Source: an uncultured Acidimicrobiales bacterium (lineage in GTDB: Bacteria; Actinomycetota; Acidimicrobiia; Acidimicrobiales; SZUA-35). Taken from it: a stretch of 62,159 nt of DNA. The stretch lies in the NCBI GenBank assembly GCA_938009905.1, contig CALLGK010000021.1:1-62159 (forward strand). The letters are read 5' to 3'. The stretch's first letter is position 1. Each line of letters begins with the position of its first letter. Positions 1 through 10,143 of this stretch are shown piece by piece. The notes under the pieces were generated by a model that searched no databases, was not told the DNA's origin, and saw nothing but the letters and a program-made list of their open reading frames with translations. The translations under genes and the position numbers were made by a program.

Positions 1-1
1 C

Positions 2-745
2 GGCGGCAACTCGCACTATCCGCTCGACATTGAGCGATCGGACGTCCTTGCCGAGCGCGACATTCACTACGTCGACGTCGGCACAAGCGGCGGTGTCTTC
101 GGCCTCGAGCGGGGCTACTGCCTCATGATCGGCGGCGACGACGAGACGGTCGGTCGGCTCGATCCCATCTTCAAGGCACTGGCTCCCGGCGTTGAAGCCG
201 CCGGCCGCACGCCGGGTCGAGATGGCGATCTTGCTCAGTCAGAGCAGGGCTATCTGCACTGTGGCCCTGCTGGCGCTGGGCACTTCGTCAAGATGGTTCA
301 CAACGGCATCGAATACGCCATCATGCAGGCCTACGCCGAGGGCTTTGGGCTGCTCGACCGGGCAAACATCGGCGATCAGAGCCGTGAGATCGACGCTGAA
401 ACGGCCCCGCTCGGCGATCCTCGCCTGTTCCAATACGACATCGACGTGCCCGAGGTGGCCGAAGTGTGGCGCCGTGGCAGCGTGATCGGCTCGTGGTTGC
501 TCGATCTCACCGCGATCGCGATGAACCGAGATCCGCAGCTCGACGCGTTTGAGGGTCGGGTGTCTGACTCGGGCGAAGGACGATGGACCGTCCTGGCGGC
601 CGTCGAATCGGGCTCGCCGGTGCCAACGATCGCCGATGCGTTGTTCAGCCGCTTCTCCTCGCGTGACAACGCCACCTACGGCAACAAGGTGTTGTCAGCG
701 ATGCGATCAGAGTTCGGCGGTCACCACGAGAAGAAGGCCGACTGA
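2..745 (+). CDS. gnd: 6-phosphogluconate dehydrogenase (decarboxylating, short type), 5'-truncated by window edge
   Basis: Frame open from base 2 (GGNSHY...DVGTSGGVFGLERGYCLMIGG); motifs GAGHFVKMVHNGIEY, VSDSGEGRWT, MRSEFGGH. Confidence 0.93.
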   Translation, partial: GGNSHYPLDIERSDVLAERDIHYVDVGTSGGVFGLERGYCLMIGGDDETVGRLDPIFKALAPGVEAAGRTPGRDGDLAQSEQGYLHCGPAGAGHFVKMVHNGIEYAIMQAYAEGFGLLDRANIGDQSREIDAETAPLGDPRLFQYDIDVPEVAEVWRRGSVIGSWLLDLTAIAMNRDPQLDAFEGRVSDSGEGRWTVLAAVESGSPVPTIADALFSRFSSRDNATYGNKVLSAMRSEFGGHHEKKAD

Positions 746-2106
746 TGGGCACGCCCGTTCAAGCCGATGCGCTCGTGATGTTTGGGATCACGGGCGACCT
801 CGCCCGCAAGAAGCTCTTTAGCTCGCTCTACAAGCTTGAACTCGACGAGATGCTGCACTGCCCGGTCATCGGCGTCGCATCATCTGACTGGACAACAGAA
901 GAGCTCGTCGAGAACGCCAGAACAGCACTCGAAACCGCAGGGCTCGACATCGACGACGAGGTGTTCGGTCGGCTTGCGGCCCGGTTCGACTACGTGTCTG
1001 GCAACTACAAAGAGCCGGCCACGTTTGAGCGAGTCGCCGCCAAGGTTGGCGACGCCAAGATGCCGGTGTGTTACCTGGCGATCCCGCCATTCTTGTTCTC
1101 GACCGTGACCGACGGGCTTGGGGCCACGGGGCTTAACCGCGGTCGGGTCGTGCTCGAAAAGCCATTCGGACGAGACCTCGAGTCGAGTCGAGAGCTCGAC
1201 ACCGCGGTGCGGGCTCACTACCCAGAAGATCGTGTCTACCGGATCGATCACTTTCTGGGGAAGGAGCCGGTGCTCAACATCTTGGTGTTCCGGTTCGCCA
1301 ACTCGATCCTCGAGCCCCTCTGGAATCGGCGCCACATCGCGTCGGTCACCATCAACATGTACGAAGACTTCGGTCTCGAGGGGCGGGGCAAGTTCTACGA
1401 CGAGGTCGGTGCGCTGCGCGACGTGGTGCAAAACCACCTGTTGCAGATCCTGGCACTTTTGGCGATGGAACCACCGGTGTCTGACGATGCCGACTCGATG
1501 AGTGACGAGGTCGTCAAGGTGTTGCGGTCGATCAAGCCGATCGATCCGAGCACGGTCTATCGGGCTCAGTACAACGGGTATCGAGATGAAGAAGGCGTCG
1601 CAGACGACTCGGATGCCGAAACCTATGTCTCGCTCGAATGTGAAATCGACTCGTGGCGCTGGGCCGGTGTGCCGTGGCGGATCCGAGCCGGCAAGGCACT
1701 CGACCAGACCATGACCGAAGCGGTTGTCGAGTTCACCTGCCCACCTCGTCTCATGTTCAGCGATGCCGAGCACCGGCCCGAGCCGAATCGCTTGCGGTTC
1801 TTGCTGAAGCCAAACGACGTGATTGAGTTTGAGATGCAGGCGAAGAAGCCCGGCGAGAATCTCGTCAGTGAGCGGGTCGACCTGCAGGTTGACCATCACG
1901 GGATGGAGTTCGGACCGAGCCCGTATCACCGCCTGCTCGGTGACGCGATCGAGGGCGATCGTCGGCTGTTTGCACGTGGTGATCAAGTTGACGTTGCGTG
2001 GGAGATCGTGCAGCCGGTGCTCGACAGCCCCAACCCAGTTGCGATGTACGACTACGGAAGCCCTGCTCCCGACCTGCCTGCCGCTGATGGCACCGGTCGT
2101 CTCTGA
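745..2106 (+). CDS. zwf: Glucose-6-phosphate 1-dehydrogenase
   Basis: GITGDLARKK, EKPFG, RIDHFLGKE, RDVVQNHLLQ; TGATG overlap with gnd. Confidence 0.95.
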   Translation: MGTPVQADALVMFGITGDLARKKLFSSLYKLELDEMLHCPVIGVASSDWTTEELVENARTALETAGLDIDDEVFGRLAARFDYVSGNYKEPATFERVAAKVGDAKMPVCYLAIPPFLFSTVTDGLGATGLNRGRVVLEKPFGRDLESSRELDTAVRAHYPEDRVYRIDHFLGKEPVLNILVFRFANSILEPLWNRRHIASVTINMYEDFGLEGRGKFYDEVGALRDVVQNHLLQILALLAMEPPVSDDADSMSDEVVKVLRSIKPIDPSTVYRAQYNGYRDEEGVADDSDAETYVSLECEIDSWRWAGVPWRIRAGKALDQTMTEAVVEFTCPPRLMFSDAEHRPEPNRLRFLLKPNDVIEFEMQAKKPGENLVSERVDLQVDHHGMEFGPSPYHRLLGDAIEGDRRLFARGDQVDVAWEIVQPVLDSPNPVAMYDYGSPAPDLPAADGTGRL

Positions 2107-2993
2107 TGGCGCATCGCGTTGTCGCCATCGATCTTGGTGGCACCAACATTCGAGCTGCGCTTGTTGAGGCAGACGGCGACATTGTCAAGCGTGAGCGTCG
2201 ACCGACGCCACGCGGCGATGCCACCCCGATGGCCCTCGTCGAGATGGTCCGAGAGATGGCGGAGGACACAGACGTCGACAAGGCGGTCATCGGGCTGCCG
2301 GGAGTGATCGACCACGAGAAAGAAACGTTGGTGAGTGCACCGAATCTGGTGCAGGAGTGGGTGCCGCTACTGAGCGATGCGTGGCTCACCCGCCAGACCG
2401 GTCTTGCCGTGAGCCTCGCCAACGATGCTGACCTTGCCGCTGTTGGCGAAGCAACGTTTGGCGCCGGCAGCGATGCTCGAGACGTCGTCTACGTCACCAT
2501 CTCGACCGGCATTGGTGCCGGAATCGTCTTGGGTAACCGGCTCATGCGTGGCCGCTACTCGGGAGGCGAAATCGGCCACACCGTGGTCGACCGAGCGCTC
2601 ACGCTTGGCGGCGCAGACGGCACCGTGGAGGGGCTCGGTTCTGGAACCGCCATCGGCCGAGCCGCGACGGGCGCTGGTATTGACGCGCAGGGCGCTGAGC
2701 TCACCGAACTCGTGCGAAGCGGCGATCCTCAAACAGTTGCGGTGTTTCGTGAGGCGATCCAGAGCGCCGCGCTCGGCGTCGTCAACCTGTGCTGGTTGGT
2801 GTCTCCCCAAACCGTCGTGATCGGCGGAGGGGTCGGCATGAATGGCGACCTCGTGCTGCCGATCGTGCGGGAACTCGTTGAACGTGAGGGGCCGGCGATC
2901 GAACCGATCAAGGTTGTGAACGCTGCGCTCGGTGACGACGCAGGGTTGGTCGGCGCCGCTGCCTGGTGGGAGGCTGTTGGCCGAAGTGGCTGA
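2106..2993 (+). CDS. ROK-family sugar kinase (glucokinase-like)
   Basis: DLGGTN, NDADLAAVGE, STGIGAG, GEIGH; translationally coupled to zwf. Confidence 0.88.
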   Translation: MAHRVVAIDLGGTNIRAALVEADGDIVKRERRPTPRGDATPMALVEMVREMAEDTDVDKAVIGLPGVIDHEKETLVSAPNLVQEWVPLLSDAWLTRQTGLAVSLANDADLAAVGEATFGAGSDARDVVYVTISTGIGAGIVLGNRLMRGRYSGGEIGHTVVDRALTLGGADGTVEGLGSGTAIGRAATGAGIDAQGAELTELVRSGDPQTVAVFREAIQSAALGVVNLCWLVSPQTVVIGGGVGMNGDLVLPIVRELVEREGPAIEPIKVVNAALGDDAGLVGAAAWWEAVGRSG

Positions 2994-3681
2994 CCAATCC
3001 CGTCCCCGAGCTGAATTTCTCGAGCCTCATCGGTGGGCCAGGCGCGCCGCCGACCTTCTGGCGATGGGCATCACCACCGCGGTGCAAAACCGAGGCACAT
3101 GCGTTGTGGCCCTCAGCGGTGGGTCGACACCAGCACCGGTCTTTCAGGAGCTGTCGAAGCGAGCGTTGCCATGGACCGATGTGGTGTTCACCCAAGTCGA
3201 CGAACGCTTGGCTCCTCTGGGAACATCGGAACGAAACCTGACGGCCCAGCTCGATGCACTGGGCGATCTGCCTTCGCGTTGGATCCCGTTGCCGGTCAGT
3301 GAGCCCATCGGCACGCCCGAGCCGGCCGACCTCACGACGTTCGTTGACGAACTCGAGAGCGTTTCGGGTCGGCCGTTTGCCATCGATGTCATGCATCTCG
3401 GCCTTGGTGATGACGGCCATACCGCCTCGCTCGTGCCCGGTGATCCCATCGTTGATGAGGTCACCGCCAGCGTCGGTGTCACGGCTGACTACCGCGGTAC
3501 CCGTCGGCTCACGATGACCCGCCCCGCCATCGACCGTGCCGGGTTAGTGGTGTGGCTCGTGGCTGGCGAGAACAAGGCTGGCCCTATCGCCCAGCTCCTC
3601 GCCGGCGATCCTGCGATTCCCGCCGGTCTCGTCCGACCCTACGAATCGGTCATCATCGCCGACACAGCCGCCCGCCCCTGA
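2986..3681 (+). CDS. pgl: 6-phosphogluconolactonase
   Basis: LSGGSTP, QVDER, LGLGDDGHTASL, RRLTMT; GTG start at 2986 overlapping the ROK stop; operon context. Confidence 0.85.
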   Translation: MADQSRPRAEFLEPHRWARRAADLLAMGITTAVQNRGTCVVALSGGSTPAPVFQELSKRALPWTDVVFTQVDERLAPLGTSERNLTAQLDALGDLPSRWIPLPVSEPIGTPEPADLTTFVDELESVSGRPFAIDVMHLGLGDDGHTASLVPGDPIVDEVTASVGVTADYRGTRRLTMTRPAIDRAGLVVWLVAGENKAGPIAQLLAGDPAIPAGLVRPYESVIIADTAARP

Positions 3682-3696
3682 CAGCCGCCCGCGCCG

Positions 3697-3926
3697 GAAG
3701 TTGCGTGCATGAGGCCGTCTGGGAATGGTTTGGTGCACGCAAGTTCGTGCGAGCCGTGAAGTTGCGTGCGTTAGGCCATCTGGGGACGGTTTGGTGCACG
3801 CAAGTTCGGACCTGTGAAGTTGCGTGCATGAGGCCGTCTGGGAATGGTTTGGTGCACGCAGGTTCGTGCGAGCCGTGAAGTTGCGTGCGTTGGGCAATGT
3901 GGGGACGGTTTGGTGCACGCATGTTC
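3697..3926. repeat. Tandem array of four ~50-bp imperfect palindromes (A-B-A-B, 119-bp higher-order period), REP/BIME-like
   Basis: Units start at 3697, 3758, 3816, 3877; arms GAAGTTGCGTGC(A/G)...TGCACGCA(A/G/T)GTTC; between convergent genes. Confidence 0.9.
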
Positions 3927-3962
3927 GGGGGAGTGGTGAGGGAGCGTGTGCCGGGGCGAGGG

Positions 3963-4538
3963 TTATGGGCGGTTGCGGATGGCGGCGTGTCGGTCCCAGA
4001 ACGCTGCCGCTGCGTCGTAGGCCGCCGGGTCAAGGTCGAACCCTGAGCCTCCCTGGTCGCGGCCAAGGGCGTTGCGCATCTGGGTGATCGGTGGCATGGG
4101 TGGCTCCACCGGCTCGAGGGTGCCGATGATCGAGACGATGCCCCAGTCGCACTCTGGTACGTCTTGCTCGCCCTCGAAGTCTGCCGCTTCGGCAACGAGC
4201 TGTTCGTAGCTGTAGAGGATGACGTCAAGCCATGCTGCGTGCGGAGCGTTGATGCCTTCGAACCAGCGTTCAAGCACCGGACGTTCGCCTTCACGCCTCG
4301 CTACGTAGCCAGACCGAAGAGCAGCAGCATTGTCGTCGGTGATGCCCGCGAACGCCGCCCGTGTCGGGGTGTCGTTGGCGATGAACAGGTGCTTGCAGAA
4401 CGGCGCATAGCCATCGACGAGCGGACCACCGGCTGCGTTGCAGCGGGCGACTAGCTCGTCAGGGGAGAGGCCTTCAACGCGGGTGCTGGCATCGGGTTCC
4501 CAGTTGCGTAGAGCAAAGGTCGTCATGGCAATGCGCAT
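3963..4538 (-). CDS. DUF3228-family protein
   Basis: LVDGYAPFCKHLF, LRSGYVARR..ERPVLERWF, LDVILYS.EQL, PMPPITQMRNALG...GGSG; start chosen at the ATG after TACGTT-N6. Confidence 0.75.
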   Translation of the reverse strand: MRIAMTTFALRNWEPDASTRVEGLSPDELVARCNAAGGPLVDGYAPFCKHLFIANDTPTRAAFAGITDDNAAALRSGYVARREGERPVLERWFEGINAPHAAWLDVILYSYEQLVAEAADFEGEQDVPECDWGIVSIIGTLEPVEPPMPPITQMRNALGRDQGGSGFDLDPAAYDAAAAFWDRHAAIRNRP

Positions 4539-4618
4539 CAGCAGAACGTACCGGGCGGCTGTGAGCAGGCGAACGACTGGTTCGTGGGGCGAGCAAGCGC
4601 CATACACTCGTCATCACT

Positions 4619-6040
4619 GTGTCTGAGCCGAAGAAATACCGCATCACCACCCACGGGTGTCAGATGAACGAGCACGACTCCGAGCGCATCGCCGGGCTGC
4701 TCGAGGCCGATGGGTATGTCCCAACCGACTCAGACGACGATGCCGATGTGATCGTGCTGAACACCTGCTGCATTCGAGAGAACGCCGACAACAAGCTCTA
4801 CGGCGCCCTCGGCAATCTGAAGGCTCGCAAGACCGAGAACCCAGACGTGCAACTTGTCGTCGGTGGCTGCCTGGCTCAGAAGGATCGCGAGATGATCCAG
4901 CAGCGGGCCGGCCACGTCGACGTGGTCTTCGGCACCCACAATGTGCATCGCGCAACCGAACTCATGAAGCTGGCCAAAGAAGGCGGGCCGGTCACCGAGA
5001 TTTGGGAAGAGGCTGCGCTTGATGAAGCGGAGGCATTCCCGTCAGCCCTCCCCGCCAAGCGAGACACCGACTACGGGGCCTGGCTCACGATTCAAATCGG
5101 CTGCGACAACTCCTGCGCCTTCTGCATCGTGCCATCGGTGCGGGGCAAGGAAATCTCTCGGCCAGTCGACGACATCGTGGCCGAAGCGCAGGGCCTGGCC
5201 GACCAGGGCGTGGTCGAGATCACGCTGCTCGGCCAAAACGTCAACTCGTATGGACGCGACCTCGCCATTGCCGCTCGGGCCGCCGGTGATGCCGATGTGC
5301 GCCTTCGCCCGATGTTCGGCGACCTGCTTCGCCAGATCGGCGACATCGATGGCATCCGACGAGTTCGCTACACCAGCCCTCACCCCAAAGACATGACGCC
5401 AGACGTGTTTGCGGCCATGGCCGAAACACCGACGGTTGTGCCTCACCTGCACTTCCCATTGCAGTCTGGGTCCGACAACGTCTTGAAGGCGATGCACCGG
5501 GGTTACACCGGCGAGCGCTACCTCGAGAAGCTGGCGCAGGCTCGTGAGACGATCGATGACCTGGCGGTCACCACCGACATCATCGTTGGCTTCCCGGGCG
5601 AAACAGAAGACGACTTCGAACGCACGCTCGAAGTGGCGGCCGCCGCCGAGTTCGACAACGCGTACACCTTCGTGTTCTCGCCCCGGGGAGGAACCGAGGC
5701 AGCCGAGATGGTCGACCAGTTCTGCGACCCTGAACAAGTCAAAGATCGCTTCGCTCGCCTTCGCACCGTCATCGAACGTTCGGCGATTGCTAAGCATCGC
5801 GCTCGGGTCGGTCGGGTTGAGGAAGTCGTCGTTGAGGGCCCGTCGAAGAAGAACCCAGACGTGCTCACCGGCCGCACCCAACAAAACAAGCTGGTCCACT
5901 TTGCGAGCGAACCGCTGCGCATCGGCACGTTTGCCAACGTCAGAGTGACCGACTCGGCCATGCAGTACCTGTTGGGCGAATTGGTCGAGGTCACCGCCAA
6001 GCCAAGGCACAAGACAAAGATCCCGCTGCTCAACGGGTGA
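4619..6040 (+). CDS. miaB: tRNA-2-methylthio-N6-dimethylallyladenosine synthase (radical SAM)
   Basis: GCQMNEHDSE, NTCCIRENA, CDNSCAFC, LGQNVNSYG, C-terminal TRAM domain. Confidence 0.96.
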   Translation: MSEPKKYRITTHGCQMNEHDSERIAGLLEADGYVPTDSDDDADVIVLNTCCIRENADNKLYGALGNLKARKTENPDVQLVVGGCLAQKDREMIQQRAGHVDVVFGTHNVHRATELMKLAKEGGPVTEIWEEAALDEAEAFPSALPAKRDTDYGAWLTIQIGCDNSCAFCIVPSVRGKEISRPVDDIVAEAQGLADQGVVEITLLGQNVNSYGRDLAIAARAAGDADVRLRPMFGDLLRQIGDIDGIRRVRYTSPHPKDMTPDVFAAMAETPTVVPHLHFPLQSGSDNVLKAMHRGYTGERYLEKLAQARETIDDLAVTTDIIVGFPGETEDDFERTLEVAAAAEFDNAYTFVFSPRGGTEAAEMVDQFCDPEQVKDRFARLRTVIERSAIAKHRARVGRVEEVVVEGPSKKNPDVLTGRTQQNKLVHFASEPLRIGTFANVRVTDSAMQYLLGELVEVTAKPRHKTKIPLLNG

Positions 6041-6046
6041 CATCGG

Positions 6047-6829
6047 ATGAGTGGGCGCACGATCACACGGGCCGCCCTCCCTGCCATCCTCGTGATCCTC
6101 ACCGGTTGCACAGCGGGTCAGGGCGAGCCTGAGCGAGCGGCTACAACGACCTCTGTTTCCAGTCGAACCGTTGAAGGCTCCGCAACCTCGACTCCCGTCG
6201 TTGAGTCATCGGCTCCGGCCGAAGAGCGGGTGGAGGCCATCGAAATCAGTTCGCCACCACAGATCGTCGCGAACTACCCGTATGCGGGAACCATCGACGT
6301 CGTCGACGAGTGCTTGGTGTTCCGAACGCTCGATGGCGTCAACACCTATGCCATTGGACTGTCCTCGTTGCACAACCGCCTCGTCGAGAACGGCGAGATC
6401 CTGATACCGCTTCACCGCGTCACGCCAGGTGCTCAGGTGAAGTTTCGTGTTGCCGGCCACGTGGTGCCGCCGAGCGAGATTGTGTCGGACCCGCCGACGG
6501 GTTGTCCCGATGCGGTGCTCGCCATCAGCCAGGTCGCATTGCATGAAGATCAACCACTCGTGCCGACGCAGTTCGCCCGCATTGAAAAATGTGCGCACGT
6601 CCTGACCGGTGATGGCGACGGATGTGTGCTGACGGTTGTCTACCGAGGGTCTCGCTGGCTCGCCGATGAGGCTGCAGAGGTGGAACAGACCGACCTTGTC
6701 ATGGGTGCTGATCGGGTTGACGGTGTGCCCGCGGGCTGGGCGATCTGGGAAACCGATCGATCCAATGCAGTGGTACTGCAATTCGAGTCAGACCCAGCGA
6801 CGCGAATCGTCCTCGAGCGTCAGCCCTGA
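6047..6829 (+). CDS. Putative lipoprotein of unknown function
   Basis: Signal peptide with lipobox LTGC, Thr/Ser-rich linker, several Cys. Confidence 0.6.
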   Translation: MSGRTITRAALPAILVILTGCTAGQGEPERAATTTSVSSRTVEGSATSTPVVESSAPAEERVEAIEISSPPQIVANYPYAGTIDVVDECLVFRTLDGVNTYAIGLSSLHNRLVENGEILIPLHRVTPGAQVKFRVAGHVVPPSEIVSDPPTGCPDAVLAISQVALHEDQPLVPTQFARIEKCAHVLTGDGDGCVLTVVYRGSRWLADEAAEVEQTDLVMGADRVDGVPAGWAIWETDRSNAVVLQFESDPATRIVLERQP

Positions 6830-6847
6830 CGTCGTAAGCTCGGTCGC

Positions 6848-7669
6848 ATGGCCGACGCCGATGCAGCAGCGACCGACACCTACACCCACGGACATCACGA
6901 GAGCGTGCTTCGCAGCCACTCGTGGCGTACGGCGGAGAACTCGGCCGGCTACGTGCTCGGCCACCTCAAGCCGGGCCTCAGCATTCTCGACGTCGGCTGC
7001 GGCCCAGGCACCATCACGATCGACCTGGCCAAGCTCGTCGCCCCTGGCGAGGTGATCGGCATCGACGTTGGTGCTGACGTCATCGAACAGGCAAGGGCCA
7101 ATCAAGCAGAAGACGGCCAAACCAACGTGTTGTTCACCACCGGGAGCGGCTACGAGTTGGGGTACGCCGACAACAGCTTCGATGTGGTGCACGCCCATCA
7201 GGTTCTGCAACACGTTTCTGATCCCGTGGCGATGCTTCGTGAAATGGGCCGGGTGTGTCGGCCCGGTGGCATCGTCGCCGTTCGCGACGCCGACTATCTG
7301 GCCATGGCGTGGTGGCCAGCAGACCCCCGTCTCGATCGGTGGATGGAGATCTACCAGGCCGTGGCCAAGGGCAACGACGCAGAGCCAAACGCGGCTCGCC
7401 ATCTTGTCGACTGGGCCACCCAGGCGGGCTACACCGACATCACACCTTCAGCTGACACTTGGGTGTTCGCGACGCCAGAAGACCGACAGTGGTGGGGTGG
7501 GCTATGGGCCGAACGGGTTGTCTCGTCGTCGTTGGCCGAACAAGCCGTTGATCGCGGCGTTGCCTCTATGGAAGAGCTTCACCATGTGGGGGAGGGGTTC
7601 CGCGAGTGGGCCGTGCACCCCACAAGCTGGTTTGCCGTCGTGAATGGCGAACTGCTCATCCGTCCGTAG
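6848..7669 (+). CDS. Class I SAM-dependent methyltransferase (UbiE-like)
   Basis: YTHGHHESVLRSHSWRTAENSA, LDVGCGPG, FDVVHAHQVLQH. Confidence 0.88.
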   Translation: MADADAAATDTYTHGHHESVLRSHSWRTAENSAGYVLGHLKPGLSILDVGCGPGTITIDLAKLVAPGEVIGIDVGADVIEQARANQAEDGQTNVLFTTGSGYELGYADNSFDVVHAHQVLQHVSDPVAMLREMGRVCRPGGIVAVRDADYLAMAWWPADPRLDRWMEIYQAVAKGNDAEPNAARHLVDWATQAGYTDITPSADTWVFATPEDRQWWGGLWAERVVSSSLAEQAVDRGVASMEELHHVGEGFREWAVHPTSWFAVVNGELLIRP

Positions 7670-7709
7670 CCGCCTACTCACACGCCAACGGCCGATCTAG
7701 CCTTCAGCC

Positions 7710-8900
7710 GTGGAGGTTCGGCAAGAATCGGGGATTCAACACCGCTTGAGCCGGCGGTGGCTCGCGTGCATCGGCGCTGTGTTCGGCGCACTTGGCCTGT
7801 GGCTGGTTACGCAGGGGCCCGAGCCGACGGACGAAGCCGATTCTGAATCCGCCGCCGCTGAGGCTGCTGCCGAACCGTCAGATGCGCCGCGCCTGCGACC
7901 GGACATCGAGACCAATGCTGGCCCCACTCCACAGGTCAACATCTTGTGGCAACTCGGGTCGACCTCGCTGTACCCGACGCGTTCGGCCGACGACTCGACG
8001 ATCGGAATCGCAGACGGCCCCATCGATTCGTCCAACGTCGTGCTGGCCACGGGCAATCCGCTCACATTCCTCGACGTCTCAACCGGCGACACGGTGCCGA
8101 CGACCCTTCTTGCCTTCTGGCCGGTGATGCAGCACGACGACAAGCTCGTCGTCTACTCCACGAGAAACGGTCGTTTGGCGACCGTCGAGCTGGGAGAACC
8201 CTTCGGCTTCGTCACCCCGCTCAACAACGACGGCGCATTCTTGTTTCGGGCCGAACCGGGCCGGGAGCCAGGCACGGTCGTTGCCCTCTCCATCGACGAC
8301 AACGACGTGATGACCGCCCACACATTCGACATTGCGACGGGTGCGGAGCTGTCGCAGGAAGTTTCCGATTCGACGTTTCCGCTGGAAGATCGAATCGCGC
8401 TCGGGGGCGAGTTCCAAACTCCACGAACGGGTGGCGTCTTCCGATTCGAGGGCTCGGCGTCTATGAGGGTTGGCGACGGAGCCCTCGTGGCGCAGGGGGA
8501 TGGGTTCTTGCTCGTCGAGAGGTGCGACGACGCCCTGGTCTGCGATCTGTTCTGGCATGACTCAACAACGTTCGACGTGCTCGATCTGCCCATTCCTGAT
8601 GGAATCTCCGACGGCCGGGTCATCGGTGACGGCCAGTATCTGGTGTTCCGCTCCGACGACTCGTCGCGTGAGTCGCTCTTTGATCTGGAACGAGGCGGTG
8701 TGCTCGTGGAAGACGTCGACTATCAGAGCGTGTCGCTTGGGCCAGACGGGCGGCTCGCAACGTTCTCCGTTGGAGGATCACCTTTCATCATCGAACTCGA
8801 CACCCTTGTGCGCCACGACGTCGATGGCATCAACCTGCCAGAAGACGAGTGGCTCGTGCGCTTTCACCGCCCGTTGCTGATCGACATGCCCAATCGCTGA
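7710..8900 (+). CDS. Membrane-anchored beta-propeller-like protein, paralog 1 of 4
   Basis: N-terminal TM, low-complexity linker, shared motif FQTPRTGGVF...GALVAQG...ERCDDALVC...W. Confidence 0.7.
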   Translation: MEVRQESGIQHRLSRRWLACIGAVFGALGLWLVTQGPEPTDEADSESAAAEAAAEPSDAPRLRPDIETNAGPTPQVNILWQLGSTSLYPTRSADDSTIGIADGPIDSSNVVLATGNPLTFLDVSTGDTVPTTLLAFWPVMQHDDKLVVYSTRNGRLATVELGEPFGFVTPLNNDGAFLFRAEPGREPGTVVALSIDDNDVMTAHTFDIATGAELSQEVSDSTFPLEDRIALGGEFQTPRTGGVFRFEGSASMRVGDGALVAQGDGFLLVERCDDALVCDLFWHDSTTFDVLDLPIPDGISDGRVIGDGQYLVFRSDDSSRESLFDLERGGVLVEDVDYQSVSLGPDGRLATFSVGGSPFIIELDTLVRHDVDGINLPEDEWLVRFHRPLLIDMPNR

Positions 8901-8962
8901 CGATCACCGGCTCGACTTGGCCTTGCGATCGCCAAGATGAGGTTCGATCTAGCCTCGATGGC

Positions 8963-10111
8963 GTGGACGTGCGGCAAGAGACTGGAATTCGTCACCGTCT
9001 GAACTGGCGCTGGCTTGTGCTGGCGGCGGTTGCCATTGGCGGCCTCGTTGCGTGGTCGATCGCAAGCTCGCAGCGGTCGTCGCCAGACAACGCCGTGCCG
9101 CCAACCACTGCCACGGAGACTACGACGAGCTCGAGTGCACCAACGTCAATCACGACGCCAACCTCATCGACCGTGGCAGAAGCATCGACGACGCAACCCG
9201 CCCCCTCCGAGTTGCGGCTTCGCGGTGGCCTGTTCGACGCAACAAACGTGTGGCTCGCATCTGGCGACCCGTTGACGTTCCTCGATATCGGCACGGGCGC
9301 CGTCGTCGCGACCGAGCTAAAGGGGTGGATCCCACTCATGCAGGTGGGCGACAGGCTGGCACTGTTTCATGCGCTTGACGGGTCGATGGGCACGATCGAC
9401 CTGAGCGCCGACCCGATCGCGGAGAGCCTCGTGGTGCTGCGACCGCCCGGTGTTTCGCTCTTTCGCCCCGAGCCAGTCCTGCGAGACGGCACCGTCGTGG
9501 TGCTGGGCAGTCGCCAACCAGACGACATCATCGAATTCACCTTCGACGTGGCAACCAGCTCGTTGATCAACGAAGAAGCCTCTGATCTCGGCATTCCATG
9601 GTTCGATCGGGTCGAGATCACCGGTGAGTTCCAGACGCCGGTTGCCGGCGGCGTCTACCAACTCGTTGACGGTTCATATCGTCAGGTCGGCCCGGGCGCT
9701 GTTGTCGCCCAAGGCGAGGGCCTACTGCTCGTACAGGAGTGCGACACGGAGTTGCGGTGCGAACTTGAGTGGCGAGACGCTGCAACACAACGTGTGCGGT
9801 CCCTGCCGATTCCCGAACCGATCTCTGATGGTCGAGTGCTACTCGGAGGAGACCTGCTGGCGTACCGGTCAACCGATCTGTGGAGCGAGTCGCTGTGGGA
9901 TCTGAGCAACGACTCGCTGCTGGTGGCGTCCGCTGACTACCTCACCATCACGGTGGAAGCCGACCAGCGCTTCGTTGCCTACGCAGACGATGGGATGCCC
10001 TATGTGTTTGATCGAGTCACGGGCGTCCGAAGTGGAGTCGAAGGAGGTGAGCCTCGGCTTCCCGACAGGTTCAACCGTCGACCACTTCTTGTGTCGATGC
10101 CCGACAGATAG
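8963..10111 (+). CDS. Membrane-anchored beta-propeller-like protein, paralog 2 of 4
   Basis: Start MDVRQETGIRHRL parallels paralog 1 (MEVRQESGIQHRL); FQTPVAGGVY...VVAQG...ECDTELRC. Confidence 0.7.
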   Translation: MDVRQETGIRHRLNWRWLVLAAVAIGGLVAWSIASSQRSSPDNAVPPTTATETTTSSSAPTSITTPTSSTVAEASTTQPAPSELRLRGGLFDATNVWLASGDPLTFLDIGTGAVVATELKGWIPLMQVGDRLALFHALDGSMGTIDLSADPIAESLVVLRPPGVSLFRPEPVLRDGTVVVLGSRQPDDIIEFTFDVATSSLINEEASDLGIPWFDRVEITGEFQTPVAGGVYQLVDGSYRQVGPGAVVAQGEGLLLVQECDTELRCELEWRDAATQRVRSLPIPEPISDGRVLLGGDLLAYRSTDLWSESLWDLSNDSLLVASADYLTITVEADQRFVAYADDGMPYVFDRVTGVRSGVEGGEPRLPDRFNRRPLLVSMPDR

Positions 10112-10143
10112 CGGCCAGACAGGTGCCCTAGGCTTGGGGAGCG

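Noticed and set aside
880-1986. Long antisense or alternate-frame ORFs (e.g. 880-1986, 5042-6043, 25900-27204, 37605-38591)
   Set aside because: Expected shadows of real genes in high-GC DNA; no recognisable motifs.
3697-3926. CRISPR array
   Set aside because: The intervening sequences are themselves repeated (A-B-A-B) rather than unique spacers; no cas genes or leader.
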